Below are positions 20,601 to 29,927 of a DNA stretch of 64,000 bases, piece by piece; positions within the stretch are counted from its first letter, which is position 1, and each line of letters starts with the position of its first letter. The notes beneath the pieces are model-generated. The model searched no databases, was not told the origin of the DNA, and saw only the letters and a list, made by a program, of their open reading frames with translations. The DNA is from a virus (lineage: Duplodnaviria; Caudoviricetes), in the IMG/VR virus record IMGVR_UViG_3300029305_002828, positions 1 to 64,000 of that record, one strand, 5' to 3'. The position numbers and the translations under genes were made by a program.

Positions 20601-22843
20601 ATTTTGAAGTTGATTGGATGAACTGTGACTTCTATCCTGATTATCCTTCTAATCAATCTAAGTTCTCTGATGCTCCATGGTTTACAGCTAAAACATTCTT
20701 AGCAGTACAACGTTCTATTGTTGATGGAACATATACTGATAGATTTCCTGTTGTTGATCATTATGGTCATACTTATATCAAGGATTTAACAGTAGATGAT
20801 CTGTCAGTATGGAATAACACTACTCATGAGTGGGAAGATCTCCATGATGAAACTAAATGGAAGCTTGAAGTAACTGATAGTCCAACTCGGGAGAAATGGG
20901 GATTTAAACTCACTTATCTGGAAGAAGGAACTTATTCTTACGACATGCAATTATATCTGAATAAAGTTCCATCTACTCAGATGAGAAACGCCACTATGAA
21001 GCGTGATGCTGTAATGGATATTGCTGCTACTATGGTTGCTGAAGTAAATAATCCTGCAATCAATACTTTTGTTAATACAGGAAGACATTTGAGAATCAGA
21101 AAACTATTCCCGTATGAACAGAAAGAAACATTTACGATTGGACGTAATCCAGATGGTAGTTATAAAGGATATGAAATGGATTTCATTGTAGCTCCATATT
21201 TACATTTCCGAAATGAATTACATCTGGAAGATGTTAAGATTTATAATAAACATGCTGGTAGATTCGAGAATCTTCTTGATACTAATCTCTTTGAGGTTAG
21301 ATTCAAAGATCCTAAAGCAATTGCAACTGGATATGAAACCCAAACTAAAATTGTTCAAACTTCAATCAGTTATTCTGGTGAAGGATTTGTTGATGGTGAA
21401 ATTTGGGCGTATAACCAAGAATTTGGTATCAGTGTATTTGGTGTTGTAACTGCTGATTACAAAGCTGCTGGTCATCTCTTAACATTTACTCCAATTCATA
21501 CAGTAAATCCTCCTACTGAAGATATCGGTCTTGAGTTCCAAGTCTTCCAGAGAGATACTCAGACTAATAAACAGATGGGCCTGGTTATTATTGAATTCCA
21601 GACTGATAAAGTTGAAGTGCATGGAGATGGATATATTCATAATGTGACTAATAGATTTGCACCTCTGCCTAAAGAATTTAAGATCATCTGCAAGTACAAT
21701 CTTGATACCCTTGCTGAGTATGATGTTATAATTTCTAAGACAGCTAGACAGTGGAAGTTTATTGAGTCTAAGTGGATGGTATCTCCAACGTTCCATCTTC
21801 CTGACTATAATGTTCAGCAGGATAGAGTTTACATCTTAACATCTCAAGGTAGATTTCCTTTAAAGAATCCATCTACCGGTAAACCCTCTATCAATGTAAT
21901 TCAAAAGGAGAATGGAACAGATGTAACATTCTTGAATCTCTATAAACAGTATGAACATCTAGAGGTTAGAACTGTTCCTTATCCGATGAAATCTGTATAT
22001 GTACAGCGCAATATTCCTAAGTCTGGTTTTATCGATCTTGCTGGTAAGATTAATAAACCTCTAAACAAGAAGTATTTCGAATTCTGGGTAAATGGTAGAT
22101 TACTCTTTGATGAAGTTACTATTATTACCCCCACAAAGATTTTCCTTCATGGTTTGAAGTCTCTTAAGAATCTTGAAATTATTGAGGTTAATCGTGATCC
22201 TAATGAGTACTTCAGTGATACATTCTTAGAGGTTGATCAGACTGACCTTGGTAGACCTTATTATCATTGGAATCTAAGGACATATCTGGATGCTGCATTG
22301 GAAGGTGAACTCGAGGAAGATAACTATACACCTGAAGAGCAAGAGTTGCTTTTATCTCCTGTATGGAAACAGGTTGCAAAGGATCATCCTGAGTTCAAGA
22401 ATTATCCTCCTAATGTTGATATTGAGTCTGATATTCTTTCTCGAGTCGATGACGATGATTATCCTCTCGATACTTTAGAAGACCCGACTTATCAGTTTAT
22501 GATTCTTAATGCTCCTACACTTGAGGGACTGCCGATTGTTGATCGTAGTTTAACATTTGACCACTTTGGTTTCATTCCTATGACTGATTTTATGATTATT
22601 GATATCATGAATGAAGAATGGGCAGAAGAGATTGGATCCAATCCATACTTCCCTGAACATTCTGTAATGACTGATGCTGAGTGGTATGGAATGACTGCAA
22701 GGTTGTATGATGAATATGGTATTAGAGTACATACCTTAGATGAAAAGGTGTATTCAATTACTGATACAAATCTATTGAGAATTAATACTGAGACTAAGCT
22801 CAGTAGAATTGTAAAAAATAATGTTAAATATGATCTAACTTAA
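14609..22843 (+). CDS. Giant 2744-aa probable virion structural (tail/baseplate) protein
   Basis: Uninterrupted ORF with AAGGAGG RBS; central helical region; repeated GxGY/F beta motifs (EGEGYKIGD, PGAGYAVGQ, SGEGFVDGE). Confidence 0.65.
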   Translation: MIMRDDMYENNWSPFDPRWYQAAFDQFVSTADQLFNQDLIIQQGFNLPDADGSRSSVFRNEAVLNNSFNEQKLRETLKDIYLNSSHRLVAANNDNVHFYQWHGYMSNMELIPNTDTCQFVIPTTTFISPKERDKFKLSQFYRKWIKPEDLLNNWEIFKWYCMLFIDQKVYSEYELRIDDHETTIRFKYYDYWVKVNHPVYIYKFDTNASCRVLISKELCENQWNWKMPTSYINDQRVVNSTNIVVAFNKISDQNIRKDGKTHIEVLGDNLEFLTIEDGIIDLSNISSFNNQYIRSESTEWLWMSIIIPKFLHEYPIILPTDVVYRPYEADLRPVAIYDNMGIRYNKAEKGITNKQIYIDMNGRLAEEHSGWKQMIRPIVLSDAFDDPFNEPYMAFIDELSNLRDLTVKGADTIEDFRFFMEDNPDEDKFQWFVEKLMKEVEDIHNAYNTFLKNRRIDTDKAYEYLYKDFYNTMLQLQEDGIYSDWFNRSKEDEGTERDFWFYISPQIYIPREMYDKFSIVYTLESINDNGLLWNNVDQFMNQHRFRRPIEEGNFWTFEWDNDDKVWRPYHLNITRHFPDVYFPKDPASDTAELGRIFKAFFFYSDTMNVLNQSEEIVDATPAWDVDMQEYEFDRGAVYRDIFMEKFYWMGVRSIYKGLIITKSRWEALEYVIDNSSYERFNELFLRTMDPYFKLGLATYLKSSNYSFPFDDAISKMNEAIDLIWLGYKKITNFEVYLNKTWIPSYFDYIVKIMDEWEPGTRLLRRPRSSFDVLRLLPMLISIEDNITIAVGTVNETLKWILEKLMQESYHLNFDNILSIQEKAQEMLQNIKDVYKFTNELDLDIYGIEDLNHIISKLKHHMELTDELELLFKASQDDVTTHNVYKFKQDILKDVSDNHLESLYGHITLIGGMVQDFDMHGFMLAVNDLYTYFEWNKVNPDDKSLIGYVNQFNDPWSVKVKELRNKLFQSTAIMYGEFDSSKAYTNDEVIKFTNSVESVRLDIENFSNAIAEFWTTMGYDKDQTVIDKFDYVNSLLDKLIINLGIYMDARAELLEEVARILELLMKMHDYDISKVETTYLDGIKLALDNIVLSLSYIAGANHRDDAIKEFNKLKNNIVKWNGFLSIEEEVFTKLLAFTTPPIEFIERLRKDEAVLNEMIVYMDSANIPYVPDSSWPTYSDVFEVDQFELVDGGFYNKVDEFVAAPKLGSYKINEVSDNEIGVTKAIESTGYRGTVYRNPMVQNNFYDTVTNGDGMGITIKPLRSKRIPIINDEVVRMYIMRIQNSSYLVSNNLDTPNPYSNIALETTLAGIEEINNDWNNMLDIYSEHMSIESKEYVGGLIDLLESIIEPARKLIELRNNVDLAGLITDLDSFITNCYEYARKNDLITDQYYYYEENVKVALVDFQEFYGSGTSWNSSSQLRSLLDDAKYPIRLFKVRTLDIFPHSDEKTKVSKECEDLLNKISTIETTLSKLPNMIVDITPISRKLEEDIKAMPSDLIKKDKWYRIRNIRVALEGEGYKIGDILAIIPELPVDTAGNKITDQEDLIMNDTILVRINEVIDGRVTGIEALMDYAIPYLIWGVRRTKTLIGKGKGLTVDVYSYELELSDSTLFQDSSSDIARLPQYNENDMFVFKFENVHDLNMQYEVFYGGKQITNFFQRHISGTDRLHPSSVDALYLNANDVSDLKNSSIYIPAEHYFIYRLDKVVIKDPGAGYAVGQEVFVDLETIALRLKIASLVAGPTKGIASVEMSDIRINEDVDNPSCEEAKVVPDSLNNIDDEFNVGYYDRLTKEGIVKGSTKSLDPAGYDFISRRFDDLEDGDRNKRYMYPDVNMPDIEGVAKEGDPDEGFYQGSRIDNPYHPIEDDHKWNGIMNTISPTDPFIPDCNRVPPGQPIKGEYQLIGRQRIHDSTKETNDNVTVKFDFSIKNAAMIDGDYSVSKYSQLPKHMLDWPDAKIGKCVIVENDETNNGHRMMYRLRTFVAAGYFVYDLPEVADYKWNHFEVDWMNCDFYPDYPSNQSKFSDAPWFTAKTFLAVQRSIVDGTYTDRFPVVDHYGHTYIKDLTVDDLSVWNNTTHEWEDLHDETKWKLEVTDSPTREKWGFKLTYLEEGTYSYDMQLYLNKVPSTQMRNATMKRDAVMDIAATMVAEVNNPAINTFVNTGRHLRIRKLFPYEQKETFTIGRNPDGSYKGYEMDFIVAPYLHFRNELHLEDVKIYNKHAGRFENLLDTNLFEVRFKDPKAIATGYETQTKIVQTSISYSGEGFVDGEIWAYNQEFGISVFGVVTADYKAAGHLLTFTPIHTVNPPTEDIGLEFQVFQRDTQTNKQMGLVIIEFQTDKVEVHGDGYIHNVTNRFAPLPKEFKIICKYNLDTLAEYDVIISKTARQWKFIESKWMVSPTFHLPDYNVQQDRVYILTSQGRFPLKNPSTGKPSINVIQKENGTDVTFLNLYKQYEHLEVRTVPYPMKSVYVQRNIPKSGFIDLAGKINKPLNKKYFEFWVNGRLLFDEVTIITPTKIFLHGLKSLKNLEIIEVNRDPNEYFSDTFLEVDQTDLGRPYYHWNLRTYLDAALEGELEEDNYTPEEQELLLSPVWKQVAKDHPEFKNYPPNVDIESDILSRVDDDDYPLDTLEDPTYQFMILNAPTLEGLPIVDRSLTFDHFGFIPMTDFMIIDIMNEEWAEEIGSNPYFPEHSVMTDAEWYGMTARLYDEYGIRVHTLDEKVYSITDTNLLRINTETKLSRIVKNNVKYDLT

Positions 22844-22847
22844 TAAA

Positions 22848-22880
22848 AAAGAAGGAGGGGAGATGATCCCCTCCTTCTTT
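22848..22880. terminator. Bidirectional terminator between convergent genes
   Basis: AAAGAAGGAGGGGA/TCCCCTCCTTCTTT. Confidence 0.85.
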
Positions 22881-22884
22881 AATG

Positions 22885-23667
22885 TTAGTCAGCCTTATTG
22901 CTGTCAGAGTTCTTTTCGATGGTATTCTTATTCTTATCCTTATTACTCTTGGGCTCTTTGTTATTCTTTTCAGAACTACCAGCCTTAGTATTGGTATGTT
23001 CATGAGCCAGTGGAGTTACAAGATCCAGAAGGGCATGCTGACGACGAAGAATCTCATTGTACTGAGCCTCCTGAGTAGTTAACATATCACCAATAGCTTT
23101 ATTGAAACTATTAGTGATCATCTTGCTATGTTTCTCAAAGGAAACATCAATATACTTCTTGAGCTTCTTCACAGTCTTCTTACGCTGCTTCTTGATGTAT
23201 TTAAGGATTTCATCCTTATTATCAGATCCATGTCTCATGATAACTTTAGCGATGATATCGAGAGTTTCATCATCCTCATCATCGTCATCCTCATCATCAT
23301 TTTCATGATCGAAGAATTCACAAGAATTGACGAGAGGACAGCTGTTGCAATATTTTGGGATTTCTTTCTCATCTCCATCTTCAATACTATACCATGCGCC
23401 CTTCAGATTGGGATCATCATCCTCATCTTCATCCTCATCAACTTTAACTTCCTTGAGCTGGCAGGTCAGGTGTTTCATAAGATCTTCAATGGCACTGAAC
23501 TCAAAGATCTCACCACGCTCTTTGTTTCCGATGATGAGAATAACTTTCTTCTCTTCATCATCATAGAATTCACTGAAACTCTTGACGACCCGGTTTACAA
23601 ACTCGATGAGTTCAGGGTTTGGATCACCAACCTCTTTATGGCAGTGACAATTGTTGTTTTTCTTCAT
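22885..23667 (-). CDS. Acidic hypothetical protein with a CxxCxxxxxC motif
   Basis: Poly-D/E tracts, CNSCPLVNSC; AAGGAGG RBS; promoter motif at 23720-23732. Confidence 0.65.
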   Translation of the reverse strand: MKKNNNCHCHKEVGDPNPELIEFVNRVVKSFSEFYDDEEKKVILIIGNKERGEIFEFSAIEDLMKHLTCQLKEVKVDEDEDEDDDPNLKGAWYSIEDGDEKEIPKYCNSCPLVNSCEFFDHENDDEDDDDEDDETLDIIAKVIMRHGSDNKDEILKYIKKQRKKTVKKLKKYIDVSFEKHSKMITNSFNKAIGDMLTTQEAQYNEILRRQHALLDLVTPLAHEHTNTKAGSSEKNNKEPKSNKDKNKNTIEKNSDSNKAD

Positions 23668-23839
23668 GTGAGCTACCTCCTTGTTAATATCGGACAATAA
23701 GTACCGTTTGTACATTTATAGAATATATAATTATAGATAGTATATTTTAAGGGCCTGCCTATATATTATAATAATGAGCAATAATAAAAGGTCAGTTAAT
23801 TTTGCTCAAAATTTGATTATAATTATGGAGGTATCACAC

Positions 23840-24613
23840 ATGTATATTTCTACTGAGTCCAAGCTGGACTTCCACTCTGCTGTGAACTACTGCATCGACA
23901 TGTCCCGCAGCCATGCTAACTTCTTCGTCGACACCCAGTTCGGGACGATTCCTGTTGAGCTGAACTACCGCTACATGGGCGACACCCTGGTTACCGTCGA
24001 TGACTGGGCGACGACTGAGGTGACTAAGTTCATTGCCCACAACCGGCATGGCCACTATGACTACATCGTCCGGATCAATTTCGTCCGTGGCCAGGACAGC
24101 TCCTTGACGAAGGCTGAGTTTGTTGTCGCCTTGGCTACTGTCCTTCTCAAGCGTTTCATCGGTAGCTACATCAGCTGCTCTGATAAGAAAGTCATGGCAC
24201 TGACCTATGCATATGCTGAGGTCTACTACATGTCCACCGATGCTAGTAGCTATGCTAAGTCCTATATCGATGCTCATAACAAGATGGCCAGATTCAGCAG
24301 CAAAAACTACGCGATGATCATGAACATGAGCACGGACAAATTCAGAAGCATTATCTGGGGCGCCCGCGAATCCTTCGATTCCATCATCAGCAAGATCAAG
24401 GATCCCAAGGGTTCGGTCTATTCTACTGACTTCGGCAACCACTTTTACGATGTGCTGATGTACATCTGTCTGCAGTCCATCGACCATGAGTGCATCTACA
24501 ACCGCAAGATGTATAACAGCATCCTGGAACAGAAGGTCGATATTCCGTTCAAGCTTGAGGCTATCGACTTCATCAAGTATCTGATCAACGAAATCCAGAA
24601 AGAGAGGAACTAA
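23840..24613 (+). CDS. Hypothetical protein (GC-rich; paralog of the next gene)
   Basis: GGAGG RBS; motif CTATATATTATA at 23759; FFVDTQFGTIPVELNY. Confidence 0.7.
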   Translation: MYISTESKLDFHSAVNYCIDMSRSHANFFVDTQFGTIPVELNYRYMGDTLVTVDDWATTEVTKFIAHNRHGHYDYIVRINFVRGQDSSLTKAEFVVALATVLLKRFIGSYISCSDKKVMALTYAYAEVYYMSTDASSYAKSYIDAHNKMARFSSKNYAMIMNMSTDKFRSIIWGARESFDSIISKIKDPKGSVYSTDFGNHFYDVLMYICLQSIDHECIYNRKMYNSILEQKVDIPFKLEAIDFIKYLINEIQKERN

Positions 24614-24614
24614 C

Positions 24615-25304
24615 ATGAGAAAATATGAAATCGATGAGGCAGTACATTTCATTGAGACTGCCATCGCTAATGGTCGTAATGACTTCATCCTCGATACTGA
24701 GTTTGGCCGCCTGGTTATCGATGTAAACTATGAGGATTATGGCCCTGAAACCACTGTCATCGTTGAGCCCTGGGCCCAGGCTCCTGCCACGAGGTTCAAC
24801 ATGATGAACCTGCATTCCAAGGCTGACTTCTATGTCTGCATCGCCAATCCTGTTTCGAGGTTCACCATCAAGCTTCGGGCTATCGAGGCTATCTATCGCG
24901 TCCTGTTCATGAGCATGGTTGATGTTCAGATCAGCCAGGCTATGGTGGATGCCTGTATAATGATACACAGAAAAGAAGTGGAAGGAAAGCCCTTCACTGT
25001 TAACCTTCTGCTGAAGGATTTCCTGAAGCATAACCTGCCCCCACTGATCCGTTCCAACGACATGGTAGTGTATGTTTGCCGGGAGTTGATGGAAAAGCGC
25101 GTTGAAGATGCCAAGCGGCTGGTTAACGAGGCTGCTATCAAATTCGATGTGGCTATGATGTCTGGCCTGTATCATGTCGTCAGCATGGACAACTTCTCCA
25201 GAGAGATCTTCGGTCTGCTCATCTGGGTGGCTGAGGAGTCTCACTTTGATCTCAGACAGCGTATCTCCAACTGCTGCAGATCTAAAAGGTACCTGCCTCG
25301 CTAA
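24615..25304 (+). CDS. Hypothetical protein (GC-rich; paralog of the previous gene)
   Basis: FILDTEFGRLVIDVNY; starts 1 nt after the upstream stop. Confidence 0.7.
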   Translation: MRKYEIDEAVHFIETAIANGRNDFILDTEFGRLVIDVNYEDYGPETTVIVEPWAQAPATRFNMMNLHSKADFYVCIANPVSRFTIKLRAIEAIYRVLFMSMVDVQISQAMVDACIMIHRKEVEGKPFTVNLLLKDFLKHNLPPLIRSNDMVVYVCRELMEKRVEDAKRLVNEAAIKFDVAMMSGLYHVVSMDNFSREIFGLLIWVAEESHFDLRQRISNCCRSKRYLPR

Positions 25305-25344
25305 GGCAAAAAGATTGGGGTGGAATAATCCACCCCATTTCTTT

Positions 25345-26763
25345 TTACATTGTTAAGTGAATTATTTCTTTTGCCAAAGTTTCTATCTTCTTAACTCTAG
25401 CTCTCCACCACCAGTTGCATGCAGGAATACAAGTATCTACTATATCAAAGAAGTATGTGTCTTTGTCTTCTGCATAAGGTCTAAGTCGTCCAAACATCTG
25501 TTCAGTAACAACTTTAGAAGCAATAGGTTCTGCACATATTACTGCTCTTAATCCTGGAATATCTCTACCAGTACCACAGGATTTAATAGTAGATACAATA
25601 ATATCTTTCTTCTCTGCTGACTCTTTTTCATCTGCTGATAATCTAGAATGATATGCAGCTATTGATTTATTCTTAATTTCCTTTTTAAGTTTAGATACCA
25701 CCAGATCAACAGCATCAATCAATGGAACAAATATTAGAATTTTTCCTTCAACATTTTTTAGTTTATCTAATATATCCACTATAGTTTTATATGCAGTTTC
25801 ATTTTGATCAGTAAGAAATGCATATCTACCATATGATGCAGCAGTCATTCCTTGATATCCAATTACAGCAGCTCTATCTTTAGGACTGATTCTACTATTG
25901 ATGTTTACTACATGATATACAACATGTTTCTTTACAACTTCTGCAGATTCCATCTCTCCATAGGTTGATACAGAGTTGAATGCTCTTTTGAAACATGTTG
26001 ATTCAGTTTTATCACTTCTATCGAATGTTGCAGTAAGATACCAAGTTCGATCAGTATTACTAAAGAAATCTACTAGAAGAATATTAGCAAACTCCATATG
26101 AGATTCATCATATACCTTAATACCAATATTCAATTTCTTGAAGAACTTGTGAAGCATATATCCATTCGTAGATGTCATATAACTTCTAAGGGTCTGGTGA
26201 TTAACGAAATATACTTCAGCTGGATCTACACAATCTTCCATTATAGCAGTAATTATATTAGATCCTGCAATATTCATTAATTCACTAGGCCTATAATCAA
26301 ACATCTTATGATATGTTGATATCCATTGTTGTTTGAGTGCTTCATTAGGAGTTATAATCAAAGTCTTTAGTTTGAGTTTTGTTGAACTATATGCTACACA
26401 GAATGTTTTTCCAAGACCAGTCTTTAGGTTAAGTGCTAATTGTTTTCCTTCACTAGTTAGGAAGTCAATGCTTTCTTCTTGTATTTTATTCCTTGGATCA
26501 TACAAAGCATAATGCTGACGTTTCATTTCCTTAAATGGATCTGATTCTTTAATGAAGTTAGCTTTAGTATCAGCTAACATTTCAATCTTGCTGATAGGAG
26601 TTCCTCTAGGAAGAAATAGCTTTCCATCCTCAATCATATATCCACAAGGAAAATTATTTCCAGTAAATTTATCAGTTGCAGTATACATATCTTCAATCAT
26701 AGGAATGTCATCTTTTTTATATGGATATAGTTCCATATGGGTATTATACACGTCTAACGTCAT
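25345..26763 (-). CDS. Superfamily 2 DNA helicase (UvsW/XPB-like)
   Basis: LKTGLGKT, YDESH, LTATFDRSD, GTGRDIPGL, QMFGRLR. Confidence 0.88.
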   Translation of the reverse strand: MTLDVYNTHMELYPYKKDDIPMIEDMYTATDKFTGNNFPCGYMIEDGKLFLPRGTPISKIEMLADTKANFIKESDPFKEMKRQHYALYDPRNKIQEESIDFLTSEGKQLALNLKTGLGKTFCVAYSSTKLKLKTLIITPNEALKQQWISTYHKMFDYRPSELMNIAGSNIITAIMEDCVDPAEVYFVNHQTLRSYMTSTNGYMLHKFFKKLNIGIKVYDESHMEFANILLVDFFSNTDRTWYLTATFDRSDKTESTCFKRAFNSVSTYGEMESAEVVKKHVVYHVVNINSRISPKDRAAVIGYQGMTAASYGRYAFLTDQNETAYKTIVDILDKLKNVEGKILIFVPLIDAVDLVVSKLKKEIKNKSIAAYHSRLSADEKESAEKKDIIVSTIKSCGTGRDIPGLRAVICAEPIASKVVTEQMFGRLRPYAEDKDTYFFDIVDTCIPACNWWWRARVKKIETLAKEIIHLTM

Positions 26764-26850
26764 ATAATCACCTCCATAGAGATATTTTTAATTATATATT
26801 ATTTTTATAATATATCATCCACCCAGAAAACTTAATTAACGCTAGGAGGA

Positions 26851-28476
26851 ATGACAATGTTGAATCAAACAACAGGAACTGGTAGGCCAAACATTGATCC
26901 CATCATACCTGATGTATTTATGCCCAGGTATGATATGTTTTCCTACTATAACCAAACTCATGTATCAAACAAAAGTACCCAAGCAGAACTAGATCACATT
27001 GTTTCATTAATTGCAAACTTCGATGCATATTCCCATTATACCTTTGATCTCAATAAGTATGTTTACAGTACTCTTGATAGACGTATTAATGGAAAGAATC
27101 CAAAAGATGGTATAGGTAATCTGGTATATAGACTTTTTAGATATATTCCAGATATGGATGTTACATACAGAATACTTCATAAAAACTATGTTGTATATGT
27201 ATACATCACTAGACCATCTGCTAGTATTGTTACAACAAATAGCACCATGACAATTATTGCCATTAATAATAAGATAAATGGATTGATTGCTCATAAGGTA
27301 GAAATCAAAAAAGAAATGATTGGGAATAAGATCGAATTAATTCGTAGTTCCGGTGCTCCATATAAAGCATATCTCAATAATGTTATTGAGAATCGGTATA
27401 ATGATTTTATTTCCTATGATTATTTGATTGGATTAATCGGTGAATCTCTTATAAAGTATATCACTGACTATAGAACTGGTTCACTTGAATCTCATCTAGA
27501 ATATCAAAAGGGTAATGTCGAGATAGCATTTATTGAGAGTTGTCAGAACACATTGCTTAGTAAAGGAAAGGTTCTATCTACAAATATTGAATCTATCCTT
27601 AGGAACTATTCATCCACTGAGAAGAGTTCCAATTATTATCGACATACATATGGAAGACTAATTACTGACTCTGCTCATGAGAAATATGATTGGACAGGAT
27701 ATACTAAATCTCCTTTAGTAAAATTCTCTAATAAGTATAGTGATTTCATTTCATTGTATATGGATTTCTTGGATATATTCAATCCTAATAATAGAACGAA
27801 TATTCTACGCTATATGCTGCATCCTGGACTCGGAACAAAACTCTCATTTGAGTTATCTAATAAGAAATTCATACTAACTGATTATGAGATCATTGGTAAT
27901 AGAATCCATATTTACGCACAGTACTATATCAATGAGAATATATTCATAACCGGCTCTGCAGTTATTGCTAATGCATCTTCATTTAATATTGAGACTTCTA
28001 TCAGCGAGACTAGGTTAAACCTAAACTATATTGGTGTTGGTGAACACACAAGGGTTAGATTTGAAGATATTCTTAGTGATGTTCCAAATGAATTAACCTC
28101 TGTTGATAACCTAATGCAACTGATTAAAGATGTCATAACCCTACAGATCATAATACATGATCGTCCTAAAATGAAAGATGTATTAAAGCAACGGACATAT
28201 GGTGGAGGATCTAGAAGTAAGGCTTTAAGTGGTTATGGGGACAGAAAAGTTATAATATTCAAAGTAACTGGTAATATCCGTGATTCAAAGAGATACATAA
28301 ATCTAGGATATAATCCATCTACTGAACCTTCTCCTCAACGTGAATATGTTAGATTCTGTTGGGAACGTAAAGGATATTGGAGACGTAATCGAGGAGGAAC
28401 TCTAAGCTATATTCCACCAGGAGTTTGTTATAGAAGACTTCCTTTAACCGACAAAGAGGTCCACGTTATCGATTAA
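26851..28476 (+). CDS. Hypothetical protein
   Basis: 541 aa; C-terminal WERKGYWRR...YIPP, a VRGHWR-like motif seen in phage proteins. Confidence 0.6.
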   Translation: MTMLNQTTGTGRPNIDPIIPDVFMPRYDMFSYYNQTHVSNKSTQAELDHIVSLIANFDAYSHYTFDLNKYVYSTLDRRINGKNPKDGIGNLVYRLFRYIPDMDVTYRILHKNYVVYVYITRPSASIVTTNSTMTIIAINNKINGLIAHKVEIKKEMIGNKIELIRSSGAPYKAYLNNVIENRYNDFISYDYLIGLIGESLIKYITDYRTGSLESHLEYQKGNVEIAFIESCQNTLLSKGKVLSTNIESILRNYSSTEKSSNYYRHTYGRLITDSAHEKYDWTGYTKSPLVKFSNKYSDFISLYMDFLDIFNPNNRTNILRYMLHPGLGTKLSFELSNKKFILTDYEIIGNRIHIYAQYYINENIFITGSAVIANASSFNIETSISETRLNLNYIGVGEHTRVRFEDILSDVPNELTSVDNLMQLIKDVITLQIIIHDRPKMKDVLKQRTYGGGSRSKALSGYGDRKVIIFKVTGNIRDSKRYINLGYNPSTEPSPQREYVRFCWERKGYWRRNRGGTLSYIPPGVCYRRLPLTDKEVHVID

Positions 28477-28511
28477 AAAATAAAGGGGAGCGCGATTGCT
28501 CCCCTTTATTT

Positions 28512-29021
28512 TTATACAATTTGGAAAATTCTGATTATAGTAAATCCATGATCTTCTATAGGATATTCAAATCTCTTCTTCAATGCCAGAATCATGTTAT
28601 CAGGAAATACTCTGTACCCAATGTTATTAAACTCTGACTTCTTAAGTTTTAATGGAATCAAAGCTTTATTAACACTTAATTCATACTCGAGATTGTCAAT
28701 ACTAAGTTTAATAACTTTTCCTGAATATAATTCTTCAGCAGGAAGTTCAATCCATGATTTATCATCTAATCCATGACTATATGTGCAAAGTTTTATATCA
28801 TCTGGATCGATTGTAGATCTTAGTTTATCTTTGAATTCAAGTTTATCCATTAACCCATCCCATAGAGTTTGATCCACAACTATTAACACAGTATACTCTT
28901 TAGGACTTTTAGAAATTAAAGTCTTATTAACATGGAAATAATCGGTTAGCGATGCCCTTTGCATCGCATCTTCAAATATGTTTACTGCATCGGCAAGACC
29001 TTGCTCTTTCTTTTTGGCCAT
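28512..29021 (-). CDS. Hypothetical protein
   Basis: GGAGG RBS; overlaps the end of the HD gene. Confidence 0.6.
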   Translation of the reverse strand: MAKKKEQGLADAVNIFEDAMQRASLTDYFHVNKTLISKSPKEYTVLIVVDQTLWDGLMDKLEFKDKLRSTIDPDDIKLCTYSHGLDDKSWIELPAEELYSGKVIKLSIDNLEYELSVNKALIPLKLKKSEFNNIGYRVFPDNMILALKKRFEYPIEDHGFTIIRIFQIV

Positions 29022-29788
29022 AACGAAATACCTCCTAACTTCTTAATCCCAGTATTCTTTCGAATTAGTGGATTTATGGCTTGCACTCTCTTATAGTAAA
29101 GATCTGTAGTCATTAATGATTGTTCATCCGGATTTTTTCCTTGAGAAATCAATCTAGCAACATACAATCCAGTACTATAGTTAAACTCTTTACCAGATTC
29201 TCCAAATACTACCTTATCTAAGTCTACTCGTACACCAGTATTCTTTTCATTTATTCTCAGGTAGTTGGATGATAATTTATCAGCAAGCATTATAATATCA
29301 ACTAATTCTTTAGTCCTATCAGATAATGTTTCATATACTGATGTAATTGGACAAGAATGAAAGAAGATAGGATAAATTACTTCAGGATCTTCAATACCAA
29401 ATTCTTTTATTAAGAAAATACCTGATGCTAATGCATGGAGTTGAATATCTGTATTGAAGAAGTCTGCAAGATCCCATTCTTCAAGAATATCAAGATTTGT
29501 TCTAACATACCTATTTAGATCTTGAGGAATGTTGTGTTCATCTTTCCAGACTATTGTTCCATCTTTAGATGGATCAAGTCCGTGTTCTTTTAATAAGTCA
29601 TGGGAAAGTGCTATAAAACTTAATTTGTCCGGGGTTATCTCTGTGCCAAGCTTCTCTCGTAATATTAGGGCGTATTCACGAGCAGCTTGAATGTGATGCA
29701 TATGATAACTAAAGTCGGCCCTACTATTTTGAATGAACTCATTTAATTTCAGAATAGTGTCAAGCTTGATGTAAAGTTTCTCTCTCAT
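28982..29788 (-). CDS. HD-domain phosphohydrolase, YqeK (Ap4A hydrolase)-like
   Basis: HH...ALSHDLLKE...QLHALASG...FGIEDPEV..PIFFH...IIMLADKL matches the YqeK H-HD-H-H-D spacing. Confidence 0.7.
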   Translation of the reverse strand: MREKLYIKLDTILKLNEFIQNSRADFSYHMHHIQAAREYALILREKLGTEITPDKLSFIALSHDLLKEHGLDPSKDGTIVWKDEHNIPQDLNRYVRTNLDILEEWDLADFFNTDIQLHALASGIFLIKEFGIEDPEVIYPIFFHSCPITSVYETLSDRTKELVDIIMLADKLSSNYLRINEKNTGVRVDLDKVVFGESGKEFNYSTGLYVARLISQGKNPDEQSLMTTDLYYKRVQAINPLIRKNTGIKKLGGISLWPKRKSKVLPMQ

Positions 29789-29927
29789 AAGATAAATACC
29801 TCATTTCTGTCATAATTGACTAATCTCCTACTATAATAGAATATATAATCGACTTGGCTATATATTATACTTATGACACATCGTAGCAAGTGGACTTTAC
29901 ACAAGCTATATTCTAAGGAGGATCTTT

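Noticed and set aside
23834-25244. 284-aa and 219-aa minus-strand ORFs
   Set aside because: Antisense shadows of the GC-rich plus-strand genes, which have the RBS and promoter.
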